From positions 1 to 28,278 of IMG/VR virus record IMGVR_UViG_3300030333_007498: DNA of 28,278 nt; one strand, 5' to 3'. Shown one piece after another: positions 17,801-26,688 of this stretch. The notes beneath the pieces are model-generated. The model had not been told where the DNA came from, did not search any database, and was given only the letters and a program-made list of their open reading frames with translations. A program made the translations under genes and the position numbers. The stretch is from a virus (taxonomy: Duplodnaviria > Caudoviricetes). How positions within the stretch are numbered: the first letter of the stretch is position 1; every line of letters starts with the position of its first letter.

Positions 17801-20800
17801 ACCAATGCAGACGCAAATGCAGAACTTAAAAAACTTACTGCCCAAATCAAAACAAATGGTCAAACAAGAAAAAAGGTAAATGATGCGGCATCAGAAAGAC
17901 TGCGTTCCGACAATGAGGTAAAAGAAGGAAATAGAGATTTGCTTGGTGGAATATTTGCATTGCAAGCTGGAATGACAATGCTTGGTGGTGCCACTGCTGA
18001 TGCTACCGATGGTTTTGCAAGATACACTAATATTGTTTCAGAGGGAATTGCTGCGGGATCGACAGCATCCTTTGCTCTGGAAGGATTAGGTGGTGCCTTA
18101 GAGGGAGCGGGTGGAAAGGTTGGCAAGCTTGGAGGTTTTCTAAAAGGATTATCTGTTAAGGTTGGTATACTTACGGCTGCATACAAAATAGGTTCTGATG
18201 TTTTTGATCAAGTAACAGGTGTTACAAATGCTGCGGCTACTGCTATGGCTCAAGTTTCCGAGTCTGCTCAAAAAGCTGCCATTAGACTCGATATGCTAAG
18301 TCCTACTGGACAAAAAAGAGTTCAAGATGACATGAAGCGCATGACTGAGGGTGACTTCTTCGGAAAAGAGTCTGCTTTTGCAATGAAAGAAGATGAACTT
18401 AAAGCAATGGGAACCTTTTCTTTAAAAAGATTTATGCTTTCATCAAAAGGTGCAGCATTTGGAGCTAGAGAAGCAAATTTTGAAGGAGCAGACCTGTTTA
18501 AAAAAGGTGCATTAAGGGAATCGTTAGAGGCTGGAATGGAAACCGTGGTTGCTGCGGGGGGAGATCAGAACCAAATGCTGGAAGCTATAGATAAGATAAG
18601 AAAGGACGGATTTATTTCAAAAGATGAAGTCGCTGACACTTTAACATTTTTTGATGAACTTATAGTTAAGGCTAATAAGTTTACTAAAGCTATACAGGAT
18701 GCAGAAGGTTTAGGAATAACTGAAGAAGATAAAGAATTTTTAACTCAATTTAATGAAGAGCAGCTTTCGGGTTTCTTGAAGGGTGGAAAAGCCCGAAAAA
18801 AGGTTGCAGAAGACATGGGTCTTAACGCTGAAGAACTCAGACAGAAAGAGGCTGGGTTAAGAGATCGGCTTTTTAAGGATGACGGAAGACATAAAGCCGT
18901 TCAAGATAAAGATCTTCATGATTTAAGGATGGCTCTGATTAAGAAGGAAGAGGATGCTAAGAAAAAAGCAGCCGATGCAGATAAAAAGGCAAAAGAAGTA
19001 GAAGCCAGAATTACAGCTAACCAAACTAATAGAATAATTAGAATGGCTGCTGAAAGAGCCAAGATGAACGACACGGCTCTTGATGATGCCAAGGAGGAAC
19101 TTGAGATGGCCAAAATTACAACAGGTCTAACTAAAGAAGAGCTTATAAATAAACAAAATGGTATTAAAATTTTAGAAGCAGAGAGAGACTCAAGAAATCA
19201 AACTGTAGATGCCGTAAGATCTATGGTTAAGCTTACTTCAGAGCTTACAACAAAGACAGACGATGTTGTAGCTTTAGAAAACTTAATGAAAGAAGCCTCT
19301 AAAGATGGCATAATTACCCTACAAGAAGAAAACAGCATTTTAGAAGCGACTAATAAAGTTTTAGAAGAAAACACTTCACAAAAAGTTGATCAACTTAACA
19401 ATTTAAAAGACGATATAATTCTAAGTAGAGAAAATTTAGGTATAGCTAAAGATAGGTTAGAAACTGAAAGGGGCATAGCAATAGCAAGAAGTGACGCTTC
19501 ACTATTGGGGTTTGCTGATCAAGAAGAATTAAAAACTATTAGAACAAAAAAACAATTAGAGGCGAATGATAAACTCTTAAGAGATAAAGCTGCAATACGA
19601 ACTAGAATGATTAATAGAGGTCTAGGTTTGCAGACTGATTTTGCAGGAGAGTTTAATGAACGTGAAGATGCTAGAGACCAGAAAAGGTTAACTATACTTG
19701 ATAACCAATTAAATAAAAATAACCAATTTTTCGACAATTTAGACAAAACGGTAACTGAACTTGGCAGAGCTATTGATACAATCGGAGGCTTAAAAGAAGG
19801 TGACACGGGAGCCGCAGTAGTGCAAAGATTGTTTGAAAATGCAGAACTCAGAAATGAAGGAGTTACTAATCAGAAACAATTATTTAAATTTTTAAGGGGA
19901 GAAGACCGTATACATGACCCTCTTAAGGACTTTTTTGGAGATAGAAAAGGGCTACCAAAAGATCCAGAGCAGAGAGTGGCTCTAGCTATACTTAATCGTC
20001 TAATCGCAACGATGGAAGAAGGAGAGCAAGCAATGAGCGAAAATGCTCAAGCTGCGCTTGACGAGGCTGACGCAAGAATTGCAAACACAGCATTAATGAA
20101 AGGTCTTCCTGACACTGGTTTCTTATTACAAAACCAAGCCAAAGCTTTACGAGATGCTAGAGTGAGTGATCTATTAAATGCACAATTATCTACTGATCCA
20201 GCAACAAGAATAAAAGGAAGTATTAGAGATAGTAACTTCCAGAAAAGATTTGGTTTAATGCAAGCGGGAGATGTAAGAGGGTTACGTGAGCTTGATGAGG
20301 CTGAACAACTTGCAGGAACAATTGTTGATTCATCTGTAGAGTTTGCAAGAAACATTGGGGACGCAATGGTAGATGCCATAGCTAAAGGAGAAAATTTAGG
20401 GGATACTCTTAGAAGAGCCGCTTCAGATTTCTTCTTAGGTTTATCTAAGGCATTTATGAACCAAGCAATTAACAACATAATGGGCGGCTTTGGTAATCCA
20501 AACCAAGGCGGCTCTGGAGGAGGAACTGGTATTATTGGAGGAGTATTAAAATCAATATTTGGATTTAACTCTGGTGGAAGAGTAACTGGCGGTTCTGGTA
20601 ATCGTGATGATGTTCCCGCTCTTTTGACTGGGGGAGAGTTTGTCATGAACAAAGGGGCAGTTAAAAAATATGGTCCTGCATTCATGATGGCTTTGAACTC
20701 AGGATCAGTCCCAACAATGAATCGGGGTGGCATGTTTACCCCAGGAAGTTATGGGCAAGGAGCTATAACTGGAAAGTCTGACTTGTTTAATTTTGCCACT

Positions 20801-21628
20801 CAAGGATTTACCATGGGTGGTTATGATAAAATATCTGGAGGTTCAGGATTCGCGTCAATAGCGTTAGAACCTTTAAGCGCAAGAATGACTAGGTATGGCA
20901 TTGCAAATAGCCCACAAGCCCAAAGAGAAAAAGCATCTCAAGAACAAGCTTTAGGACTTTACTTCCAACAGCTTGATAAAGAAAAGCAACTTGAAGAACA
21001 AAGGAAGCAACAAAAGGGAGCTTTAAAAGGAGCCATAATGTCAGCAATAGTCAGTGGTGCTTTAATGGGAATTACGGGAGGAATAGGTAAAAAAGCTATA
21101 GGAGCAGGAGATCCTCGCGGTGCAGATTTTACCAAACCCGCAAACTTTAAATTAACAGATTTATTTACTGGCAGACGAAATCAATTTGGACATTCTACAG
21201 ATGTATATGGAAATCCTGGGGTTTTACCTTTAAAAAATAACAACCTTATGATGGCTGCGACTGGAGGATCTGTCCCTTATACCGCTGGAGTTGATACGGT
21301 TCCTGCTATGCTGTCGGGAGGAGAGTTTGTTATGAATGCTGCTGCCACACAAAATATTGGAAGAGGTAATTTAGCTGCATTAAACTCTGGAGCAAGAGGA
21401 GGCAACGGTGAAGTTGTTGGAAAGCTTGATGAGCTTATCGAAGTTTCAGAAGGCAGCGGAGAAACTGTTATTAACATTACTGTTAATTCTGACGGTAGCG
21501 AAACAGAAGATGGAGGTCAGGGTGAGGAGCAAAAGAGAACTCTGGCAATGAGAATCAAAGATACTGTCAAACAAGTCATTGAAGACGAAAAAAGACTGGG
21601 AGGTTCATTAAGACAAGCTAAAGCATAA
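14816..21628 (+). CDS. Tail tape measure protein (TP901-like N-terminal core, multidomain)
   Basis: 2270 aa. Core motifs AALELSRQG and GAVIGNSFKTIFTRI, Ala/Gly-rich hydrophobic segments, long coiled coils, and two C-terminal D.VPA.L..GEFVMN motifs. Confidence 0.92.
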   Translation: MPIQIPVTQTGLEASIEAAAKRAGKSLKINMGPGAKSIEGLSQPLGRITGKADQFTKSMEAANARVLAFGASVGVLSAVTRGFQDLVKTTVEVEKSLASINSILGTTTQELDRFKKTIFDVARNTEQSFDTVAQAALELSRQGLKAEEVTKRLNDSLVLSRLSGLGAAEAVAGLTSAINSFNSTGITSAEVLNKLSAAAVSAAVSERDLIEGIKRSGSVAIQAGVSFNELVGVITAVQERTARGGAVIGNSFKTIFTRIQSLDKLQTMQNLGVEVTDASGQVLSATKLIQNLGKTLETLPDAKRLQIAENLVGKFQIAPFLAILEDYNRETSTAIKVTEIAANATSEAYSRNVALNQTLSAAINEATVNLKELANTLGEIGVTDSLQNILGFFNSLVGNIKSLLEGEGLGSDFAKGIVKGIGAVLSGPGLAIFGAIIAKLTIDLAKFGVGSLKTFFGLNKAAKEQATLQGQIASTLLGNADIQKQIMNIENSTLSIEQKRKAQIKFFTTALNEQMAIMTRMQGIASKITPAVFAGTRGARGRGAGGYIPNFNAVMGYGSEQADINKGVGGAPSSAKPVTIPNFNFGGGQRGTMVANTSEYIVPNFAGSGGSAIFNQNMVSSMGLPAGARKIGAAGGYVPNFAKAKGGKKKITSVDASNFFYLVPDIGIEKPIQQIKGAPKTVDGVKVRGGIVRGPVESAVKKGSDAKEASIEDMISSEIFKAASLYTKKLEPLGRIAQESEIQKGFDTTRGAKGALMGVIGAAFEVAIASSLDYRAAQRERGGDFDVRMGSNLETIKEFFGIPSGQNTGDFKVSTSQDNLKSFYQKVIKEKGAGRFDPSEKQMNAQMMATSEVRSKNPSWFDKKGNLKREFSSKAEPLILRRRDQLVGRRFQSASGYIPNFARGLEDAVARESAAGLPINQIRINQDPSLRNAGNPMGLAVTNTRDEPTGAIPNFAKGLTMANIGIKESKPVEASLKSLNNVIRALNKEIKQGKMTNADANAELKKLTAQIKTNGQTRKKVNDAASERLRSDNEVKEGNRDLLGGIFALQAGMTMLGGATADATDGFARYTNIVSEGIAAGSTASFALEGLGGALEGAGGKVGKLGGFLKGLSVKVGILTAAYKIGSDVFDQVTGVTNAAATAMAQVSESAQKAAIRLDMLSPTGQKRVQDDMKRMTEGDFFGKESAFAMKEDELKAMGTFSLKRFMLSSKGAAFGAREANFEGADLFKKGALRESLEAGMETVVAAGGDQNQMLEAIDKIRKDGFISKDEVADTLTFFDELIVKANKFTKAIQDAEGLGITEEDKEFLTQFNEEQLSGFLKGGKARKKVAEDMGLNAEELRQKEAGLRDRLFKDDGRHKAVQDKDLHDLRMALIKKEEDAKKKAADADKKAKEVEARITANQTNRIIRMAAERAKMNDTALDDAKEELEMAKITTGLTKEELINKQNGIKILEAERDSRNQTVDAVRSMVKLTSELTTKTDDVVALENLMKEASKDGIITLQEENSILEATNKVLEENTSQKVDQLNNLKDDIILSRENLGIAKDRLETERGIAIARSDASLLGFADQEELKTIRTKKQLEANDKLLRDKAAIRTRMINRGLGLQTDFAGEFNEREDARDQKRLTILDNQLNKNNQFFDNLDKTVTELGRAIDTIGGLKEGDTGAAVVQRLFENAELRNEGVTNQKQLFKFLRGEDRIHDPLKDFFGDRKGLPKDPEQRVALAILNRLIATMEEGEQAMSENAQAALDEADARIANTALMKGLPDTGFLLQNQAKALRDARVSDLLNAQLSTDPATRIKGSIRDSNFQKRFGLMQAGDVRGLRELDEAEQLAGTIVDSSVEFARNIGDAMVDAIAKGENLGDTLRRAASDFFLGLSKAFMNQAINNIMGGFGNPNQGGSGGGTGIIGGVLKSIFGFNSGGRVTGGSGNRDDVPALLTGGEFVMNKGAVKKYGPAFMMALNSGSVPTMNRGGMFTPGSYGQGAITGKSDLFNFATQGFTMGGYDKISGGSGFASIALEPLSARMTRYGIANSPQAQREKASQEQALGLYFQQLDKEKQLEEQRKQQKGALKGAIMSAIVSGALMGITGGIGKKAIGAGDPRGADFTKPANFKLTDLFTGRRNQFGHSTDVYGNPGVLPLKNNNLMMAATGGSVPYTAGVDTVPAMLSGGEFVMNAAATQNIGRGNLAALNSGARGGNGEVVGKLDELIEVSEGSGETVINITVNSDGSETEDGGQGEEQKRTLAMRIKDTVKQVIEDEKRLGGSLRQAKA

Positions 21629-22449
21629 TGTATGACACCACATTAAATTACCAAAACCATTTTTTTATATCTGGTTTAGTAGGCATCGGGGCGACCATGT
21701 CTGCTAGAGAACTTTCTGGAATTGAGTCCTTAGATCTTGGCTATTCAAATAGCTCAAACACACTCTCTCCTCTAGGATCATTCAAAGGTGTCACGGCGGT
21801 CGGTGGCCCAACACAACAAACAGTTTCTTTTTCTAGGTATCTAATTTATGATGACCCTATTTTAGATTTCACAGGAGATTCAGCAAGATTGGCGGGGAGC
21901 TTTAATTATGATAATAACGCTGCGTATGGATTCCATAGTGGATATTTATCTTCATATTCAGTAAACTGCGCTGTTGGGTCTGTTCCTAAAGTAAATGCCA
22001 GCTTTAACGTTTATGGAGAAATGGCTAGTGGAATTAATGCAACAGGATCTCAAGTCACCAGTCTTTACATACCAAGCCAAGGATCAATAACTGCAACTTG
22101 TGACAATAGCACCACTAATAGGGTTATTGGTTTTGATTATTCTTTAACAGTAAACAAGAAGCCTTATTATACCGTTGGGTCAGAGACACCAACTGAAGTA
22201 AAACATATTAACCCAATTCAATATACAGCATCAGTTCAGCTAGAGGTAGATGATATATTTTTAGAAAATGGTTTAAATTTTTTAGGATATGGAAAAGAAA
22301 ATAAGACAGTTTCTTTTACTATTAATGGTAGGGATGGAACCGCCTTGCAGACATTAACTATTCCTAAAGCGTCATTAGTTTCAGAACAGCTAAATTCAAG
22401 TGCTGATGGGGCGGTTCGTTTAACTCTTAACTATGTTGGTCACTCATGA
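21628..22449 (+). CDS. Tail tube-like minor tail protein
   Basis: GYLSSYSVNCAVGSVPKVNASF aligns with NCYLSDYSVDLSVGSLPTVSVTL of the tube protein; directly after the tape measure gene. Confidence 0.65.
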   Translation: MYDTTLNYQNHFFISGLVGIGATMSARELSGIESLDLGYSNSSNTLSPLGSFKGVTAVGGPTQQTVSFSRYLIYDDPILDFTGDSARLAGSFNYDNNAAYGFHSGYLSSYSVNCAVGSVPKVNASFNVYGEMASGINATGSQVTSLYIPSQGSITATCDNSTTNRVIGFDYSLTVNKKPYYTVGSETPTEVKHINPIQYTASVQLEVDDIFLENGLNFLGYGKENKTVSFTINGRDGTALQTLTIPKASLVSEQLNSSADGAVRLTLNYVGHS

Positions 22450-23402
22450 GCGAAAGTTTATTTTACAACAGGGATGATAATATTTCAGGTGTTACTATTC
22501 CCTCCAAGTTAGCTGGATTATCTCTTACTCCAGTCTATGGATCTCAAGTAGACTTTCAGGCGACTAATCACAGTTATACCACTGATGATTTTTATTATAA
22601 TTTAATTCCTTTATCGGCTAACAGTTTGTCGGCAACGTTTTCTTTAAGGTATGACGTTAACGAGACTAATGCTCGTAGACTAGCCGCTTTTTTCGAGGCA
22701 CAGTCGGGTAATCTGCCTATAGAAATATCTCCCGATAACTTAGGAATCTATAAAACATTTTCAGGTTTTTGTGATAATTATGCAATTAATTTCATGAACA
22801 ACCAACATTTCGAGGTCGCTGCTAAAATCAATGTAGATCATGCACCTACCTTGTTTAATTGGTCGGGGATGGGAACTTTTCCCAATTTATCTTTTCAGGG
22901 ATGGAAGCCTTCTACTAGTTATGAAAAATATGACATTGTTTATTCGGGATTAAATCAAACCAAGTTAGATAACTTTTATTATTGCACTGGAGATCACTCT
23001 TCTAGTGAGACTAACAGCCCTACAGGAGCCTCATCAATGTGGACTCAAAAATTCTTTTTTGAGCCTGATATTGGAACTCAAAACGATGTTCAAATTAAAG
23101 CTGACGTTTTAAAATATCAGAACTCTTTCACTCAAAGATTAAAAACGAATGATAACATTTCTACTTTTGGGATGAATTATTCTTTTGAAAATATTTCTGA
23201 CAAGCAGACAAAGTGTATGATTCATTTCTTAGAAAACAAAGGGGGTTATAGGAGGTTTGAACATCAAATTCCCTCTGTATATAATCGACCCAAAGTATAT
23301 TATTCTCCTAAATGGAGTCATACTTGGAATTACTCAGATTCTAATAAATTAACCGTTGAGCTTATAGAAGACCCTCTCGGTGTAATACCAACAGGAACAT
23401 AA
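22446..23402 (+). CDS. Distal tail/gpM-like minor tail protein, duplicated domain with inserted CBM-like module
   Basis: Two halves with LAAFFEAQSG and MIHFLENKGG (gpM-like motif), separated by WKPSTSYEKYDIV...YYCTGDH...SPTGASSMW. Confidence 0.6.
   Translation: MSESLFYNRDDNISGVTIPSKLAGLSLTPVYGSQVDFQATNHSYTTDDFYYNLIPLSANSLSATFSLRYDVNETNARRLAAFFEAQSGNLPIEISPDNLGIYKTFSGFCDNYAINFMNNQHFEVAAKINVDHAPTLFNWSGMGTFPNLSFQGWKPSTSYEKYDIVYSGLNQTKLDNFYYCTGDHSSSETNSPTGASSMWTQKFFFEPDIGTQNDVQIKADVLKYQNSFTQRLKTNDNISTFGMNYSFENISDKQTKCMIHFLENKGGYRRFEHQIPSVYNRPKVYYSPKWSHTWNYSDSNKLTVELIEDPLGVIPTGT
23380..23385 (+). promoter_or_regulatory. GTGTAA motif upstream of tube paralog
   Basis: 18 nt before ATG 23404, inside the last codons of the upstream gene. 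Confidence 0.4.
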
Positions 23403-23403
23403 A

Positions 23404-24498
23404 ATGCCTAGAGCCATAGCCATACAAAGTGATGACGCAGCCGTTCTTGTTCAGGACGGAGGGGCGAATGCTTTTGACACACATGATGCTAGTGTTCAGC
23501 CTTATAAATTAGTTCAGAATTTTACTTATAGTGTGGGGATGCCTAGAGGGGAACCTAAACAGCTAGGAAGTGAAAATGTAGCTTTTCGCCAGCTTAATAG
23601 ACAGCCTGACATTGAATTAAATTTCTCTTATATACCAGAGCCCTCTTTGGGAAATGAAAGTGCTGGCAATTTTTCACACACACCATGGCTCTATTATAAA
23701 CAAATGTTTTCAGGTGTTTCCAATAACAGCACTAACTTTTATGTAGTAATTCCTCCAAAAAATACAAACTATGATCCTTGGGATGTAATGACGACTGATG
23801 ATGCGGATTTTAATCTGACAGGTTTTGATTGTTTGGCTTTTGGAAACTGCTACGCTAGTTCATACACTTTATCTTATGGAATTGGTGGTCTGCCGCTAGT
23901 TACCACTAGCTATCTTGCTTCTAATATGGTTTATGAAAGTTTAACTGGAGTCTCAATGGAAATGCCAGCCATAAACTTAACTGGAGGAAATAATGACAAT
24001 GTTAAACGTTGCTTATTTCGAATTGATGGACAAACAAGTGATGACCTTCATCCTCCTGTTGTTAACCCAACAGATCCAAACAGTAGCATAACCTTTCAAA
24101 ATTTACAGGTTGGAGGACAGAACTTATCAGGAGTTCATTTTGTTCAGTCTGTCAATATGCAAGTTAACTTACCTAGAGTGTCGTCTTATGGGTTAGGAAA
24201 CAATTTTCCATACAATAGAAAAGCGCAGTTTCCCGCTGACGGGTCATTCACCATATCTTCCTTAGTATCAGGTTTTGATGATGGCTTTATGACTGGAGTT
24301 TTAGATAATGATGAAAACTACAGTTTTGAATGTGTAATAGCCTCTGGGGTCAAAAAAGTAATCTATGAAATTCAAGATGCCAAGCTAGCCTCTTACAATT
24401 ATACAATGGGTATAAATGATTTAATGAACTTTAATGCTGACTTTAGCTTTAAGGTAACTGAAGAAAGAGGTTTAAGAATTAGCGGAACGTCCTACTAA
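23404..24498 (+). CDS. Full-length paralog of the major tail tube protein
   Basis: 364 aa. GNCYASSYTLSYGIGGLP and VQSVNMQVNLPR...LGNNFPYNRKAQFP align with tube GNCYLSDYSVDLSVGSLP and IQSVSLSVPLSR...LGSRFPFARAVDFP. Confidence 0.75.
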   Translation: MPRAIAIQSDDAAVLVQDGGANAFDTHDASVQPYKLVQNFTYSVGMPRGEPKQLGSENVAFRQLNRQPDIELNFSYIPEPSLGNESAGNFSHTPWLYYKQMFSGVSNNSTNFYVVIPPKNTNYDPWDVMTTDDADFNLTGFDCLAFGNCYASSYTLSYGIGGLPLVTTSYLASNMVYESLTGVSMEMPAINLTGGNNDNVKRCLFRIDGQTSDDLHPPVVNPTDPNSSITFQNLQVGGQNLSGVHFVQSVNMQVNLPRVSSYGLGNNFPYNRKAQFPADGSFTISSLVSGFDDGFMTGVLDNDENYSFECVIASGVKKVIYEIQDAKLASYNYTMGINDLMNFNADFSFKVTEERGLRISGTSY

Positions 24499-24878
24499 TC
24501 ATACTCAACCCTTACATTTTTACTTTCGTAAACTTTCTTCGGTCTATCAGGGTGTTCAGAACCACCCCTTTCCTTGGCATAATTATCAAAGAACTTTTCT
24601 TTAAGAGGATCTAATCCTCCAGCTTTTTCCGCTCGTTTTTCGCTAAGTTCTGCTGATAGATTCATCATATCTCCAACAGTGCCTTTTTTGTTTTTTGTCG
24701 CTTCTAGATATTGTTGCTTACTAAAAGGATCAATTGAATTATCTATAGATGCGTTGGGAGCAAGGAAAACCCTGCTCCATTCAACGCCATCTTCAGAATA
24801 AATATGTTCATCATTCATCCCTTGAACAACCTCACGGTATTCTTCTCGGTCGGGATGTTTGTAAACATAAATAGGCAT
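24495..24878 (-). CDS. FmdB-like small protein (Cys-less ribbon variant)
   Basis: MPIYVYK...EVVQGMND...WSRVF matches the FmdB MPxYxY...E..Q.M.D...RV pattern but without CxxC pairs. Confidence 0.55.
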   Translation of the reverse strand: MPIYVYKHPDREEYREVVQGMNDEHIYSEDGVEWSRVFLAPNASIDNSIDPFSKQQYLEATKNKKGTVGDMMNLSAELSEKRAEKAGGLDPLKEKFFDNYAKERGGSEHPDRPKKVYESKNVRVEYD

Positions 24879-25213
24879 TACTTAATCTCGATTTGTTTTG
24901 CCTCTGATACAGTTTTCTTTGGGAGAGTTAGCTTCAACAATCCATTTTTCATCTCAGCAGACACATGATCCTCTGAGACTAAATCATTTAAATGTAATTT
25001 AAATTTCTGAGAACGGTCTTTGTTTTTTGCTTCAAGCTCTACAACTCCATCAACAATACTAATGTTGATATCTTTTTTAGAGAAGCCAGCTAGCTCTACT
25101 TCTGCCACATAAACATCTCCTGTATCAGCAACACAAGATTTTTTTCTAATCATAAGATCTCTTGGAGAGAGATCGTTTAAGCCATTAAAAAGGGAATTAA
25201 TTAAAGTATTCAT
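24878..25213 (-). CDS. Small heat shock protein (Hsp20/alpha-crystallin)
   Basis: VELAGFSKKDINISI and VSAEMKNGLLKLTLPK...KQIEIK signatures. Confidence 0.92.
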   Translation of the reverse strand: MNTLINSLFNGLNDLSPRDLMIRKKSCVADTGDVYVAEVELAGFSKKDINISIVDGVVELEAKNKDRSQKFKLHLNDLVSEDHVSAEMKNGLLKLTLPKKTVSEAKQIEIK

Positions 25214-25221
25214 ATACTTAT

Positions 25222-25250
25222 ATTATAGCACTTAAGGTGCCATTCTTCAA
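25222..25250 (-). promoter_or_regulatory. Hsp20 promoter: TTGAAG-N17-TATAAT with TGn extension, containing a sigma54-like TGGCAC-N5-GTGCT
   Basis: Minus strand reads TTGAAGAATGGCACCTTAAGTGCTATAAT, 8 nt before the ATG. Confidence 0.65.
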
Positions 25251-26326
25251 CTGCTGTATATACAGTCTAAAATAGCATCAACGGTTTTAGAATAAGTCAT
25301 TGTGTCTCCCATTTTGACACCCTCTGTGTTAATTTGACCTACTTTAGACTCTGCCTTTCTCATGGCTTCAATAACCTCATCTTCAGACCAAGTATAAAAT
25401 GTGCCTTGATTGAATGGGGCATCTTTTTGGAAAAATACTCCATCTTCCGCTGGCATTTCTCCAGAAGGCTCAATTAAAATTGAGTTTTCTTTTGTTGCCC
25501 AATCTTTATGAGATGTAGCGTTTAAAACTACACTCCACTTTCCTAAACAAGTAGCATTGAATGCTGGTAAGTTCCAGCCCTCTCCACCTGAGAGTCCAGT
25601 TAAATCAATATCAATAGCATTTAAAAGTTCGTTAACCTCTTGATTTTTTTCTAATCTAGGAATTATATTTAAATTACTGTAGTTAACACCTTGTAGCGTT
25701 TCATTCCAGATCGCTTGCATCTGCTCGGGCTTAAAAAACGGATTCGAAACACAACATGAAAGTTGATATTTAGGATTATTGCCATAACTTTTAAGCCATG
25801 TTTGGATTATTTTTTGGGTATGTTTTCTCTTTTCCCATTTACCCATTAAACCAAAATGAATGGTATCCTTTAAATATTCTTTGCCTGTTATTTTAAAATC
25901 TTCGTCAAAGCCCAAAGGGATAAAGTTACAATTAGTAAGCCCTTTATCCTTGAAATGTTTTTTTGCCTCTCTTGAGCTAAAGAAAGTTTCATCTTGTAAA
26001 CCACAAATTTTAGTTTCTACTTCTGTAGGTTGATTGCACTCATAGAATGTAAAAAGATATTGGTCTTTGGTTTTTCTATTTTCGCTTCCATTTAAATGCC
26101 ACAGCTTAAGAGAAGGGGTTCGTGATGAAATATTCTTCCATCTGTTGTTAATAGAATCTTCAATATATTTTTTTAGATCATCAGATAAATCATAAGCTTT
26201 AAAATCTATTTCCCCAGTTGGAAAAATAGATAATGAAACATCTTTTCTGTGAAACTCTCTAACAATGTTTAGAGCAACATTGCCAAAGCTTAAACCATTG
26301 AACGGTGCTTCTAATATTAATTTCAT
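25247..26326 (-). CDS. GT-B glycosyltransferase (GT4 / Glycos_transf_1-like)
   Basis: FIPLGFD, GKWEKRK and GEGWNLPAFNATCLGKWSVV motifs. Confidence 0.85.
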   Translation of the reverse strand: MKLILEAPFNGLSFGNVALNIVREFHRKDVSLSIFPTGEIDFKAYDLSDDLKKYIEDSINNRWKNISSRTPSLKLWHLNGSENRKTKDQYLFTFYECNQPTEVETKICGLQDETFFSSREAKKHFKDKGLTNCNFIPLGFDEDFKITGKEYLKDTIHFGLMGKWEKRKHTQKIIQTWLKSYGNNPKYQLSCCVSNPFFKPEQMQAIWNETLQGVNYSNLNIIPRLEKNQEVNELLNAIDIDLTGLSGGEGWNLPAFNATCLGKWSVVLNATSHKDWATKENSILIEPSGEMPAEDGVFFQKDAPFNQGTFYTWSEDEVIEAMRKAESKVGQINTEGVKMGDTMTYSKTVDAILDCIYSS

Positions 26327-26688
26327 TAAAAGGGAACATCGTCAGAGTCCTGAGAAGAGTTATCGCCTCCATCGGAGTCAGACTTTTTGGCTGAACTCAA
26401 GAACTGCAAGTCTTTTCCTCTAATGTGGTATTTGCTGAAGTTTTTACCATCTTTTTCCCAAGAGGACATGCAAAGCTCTCCTTGAACAATAAACTCTCTT
26501 CCTTTAGTGAGATATTTTTCTGCAATTTCGGCGGTCTTATCCCAGTATTCAATATCAATAAAACATTTTGTTTTAGCGTTTGATGTAGAAATACCAGCCC
26601 TAAGGTTTGCAACCTTTTTGCCAGTGCTAGTTTGACGGACCTCGGGATCTTTTACAAGATATGCGGCTGCGGTGATTGAATTAAACAT
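26326..26688 (-). CDS. ssb: Single-stranded DNA-binding protein
   Basis: LVKDPEVR, WDKTAEIAEKYLTKG, VQGEL and acidic tail ending DDVPF. Confidence 0.95.
   Translation of the reverse strand: MFNSITAAAYLVKDPEVRQTSTGKKVANLRAGISTSNAKTKCFIDIEYWDKTAEIAEKYLTKGREFIVQGELCMSSWEKDGKNFSKYHIRGKDLQFLSSAKKSDSDGGDNSSQDSDDVPF

Noticed and set aside
25225-25243. CIRCE (HrcA operator) upstream of hsp20
   Set aside because: The arms resemble TAGCAC/GTGC, but the spacing is far shorter than TTAGCACTC-N9-GAGTGCTAA.
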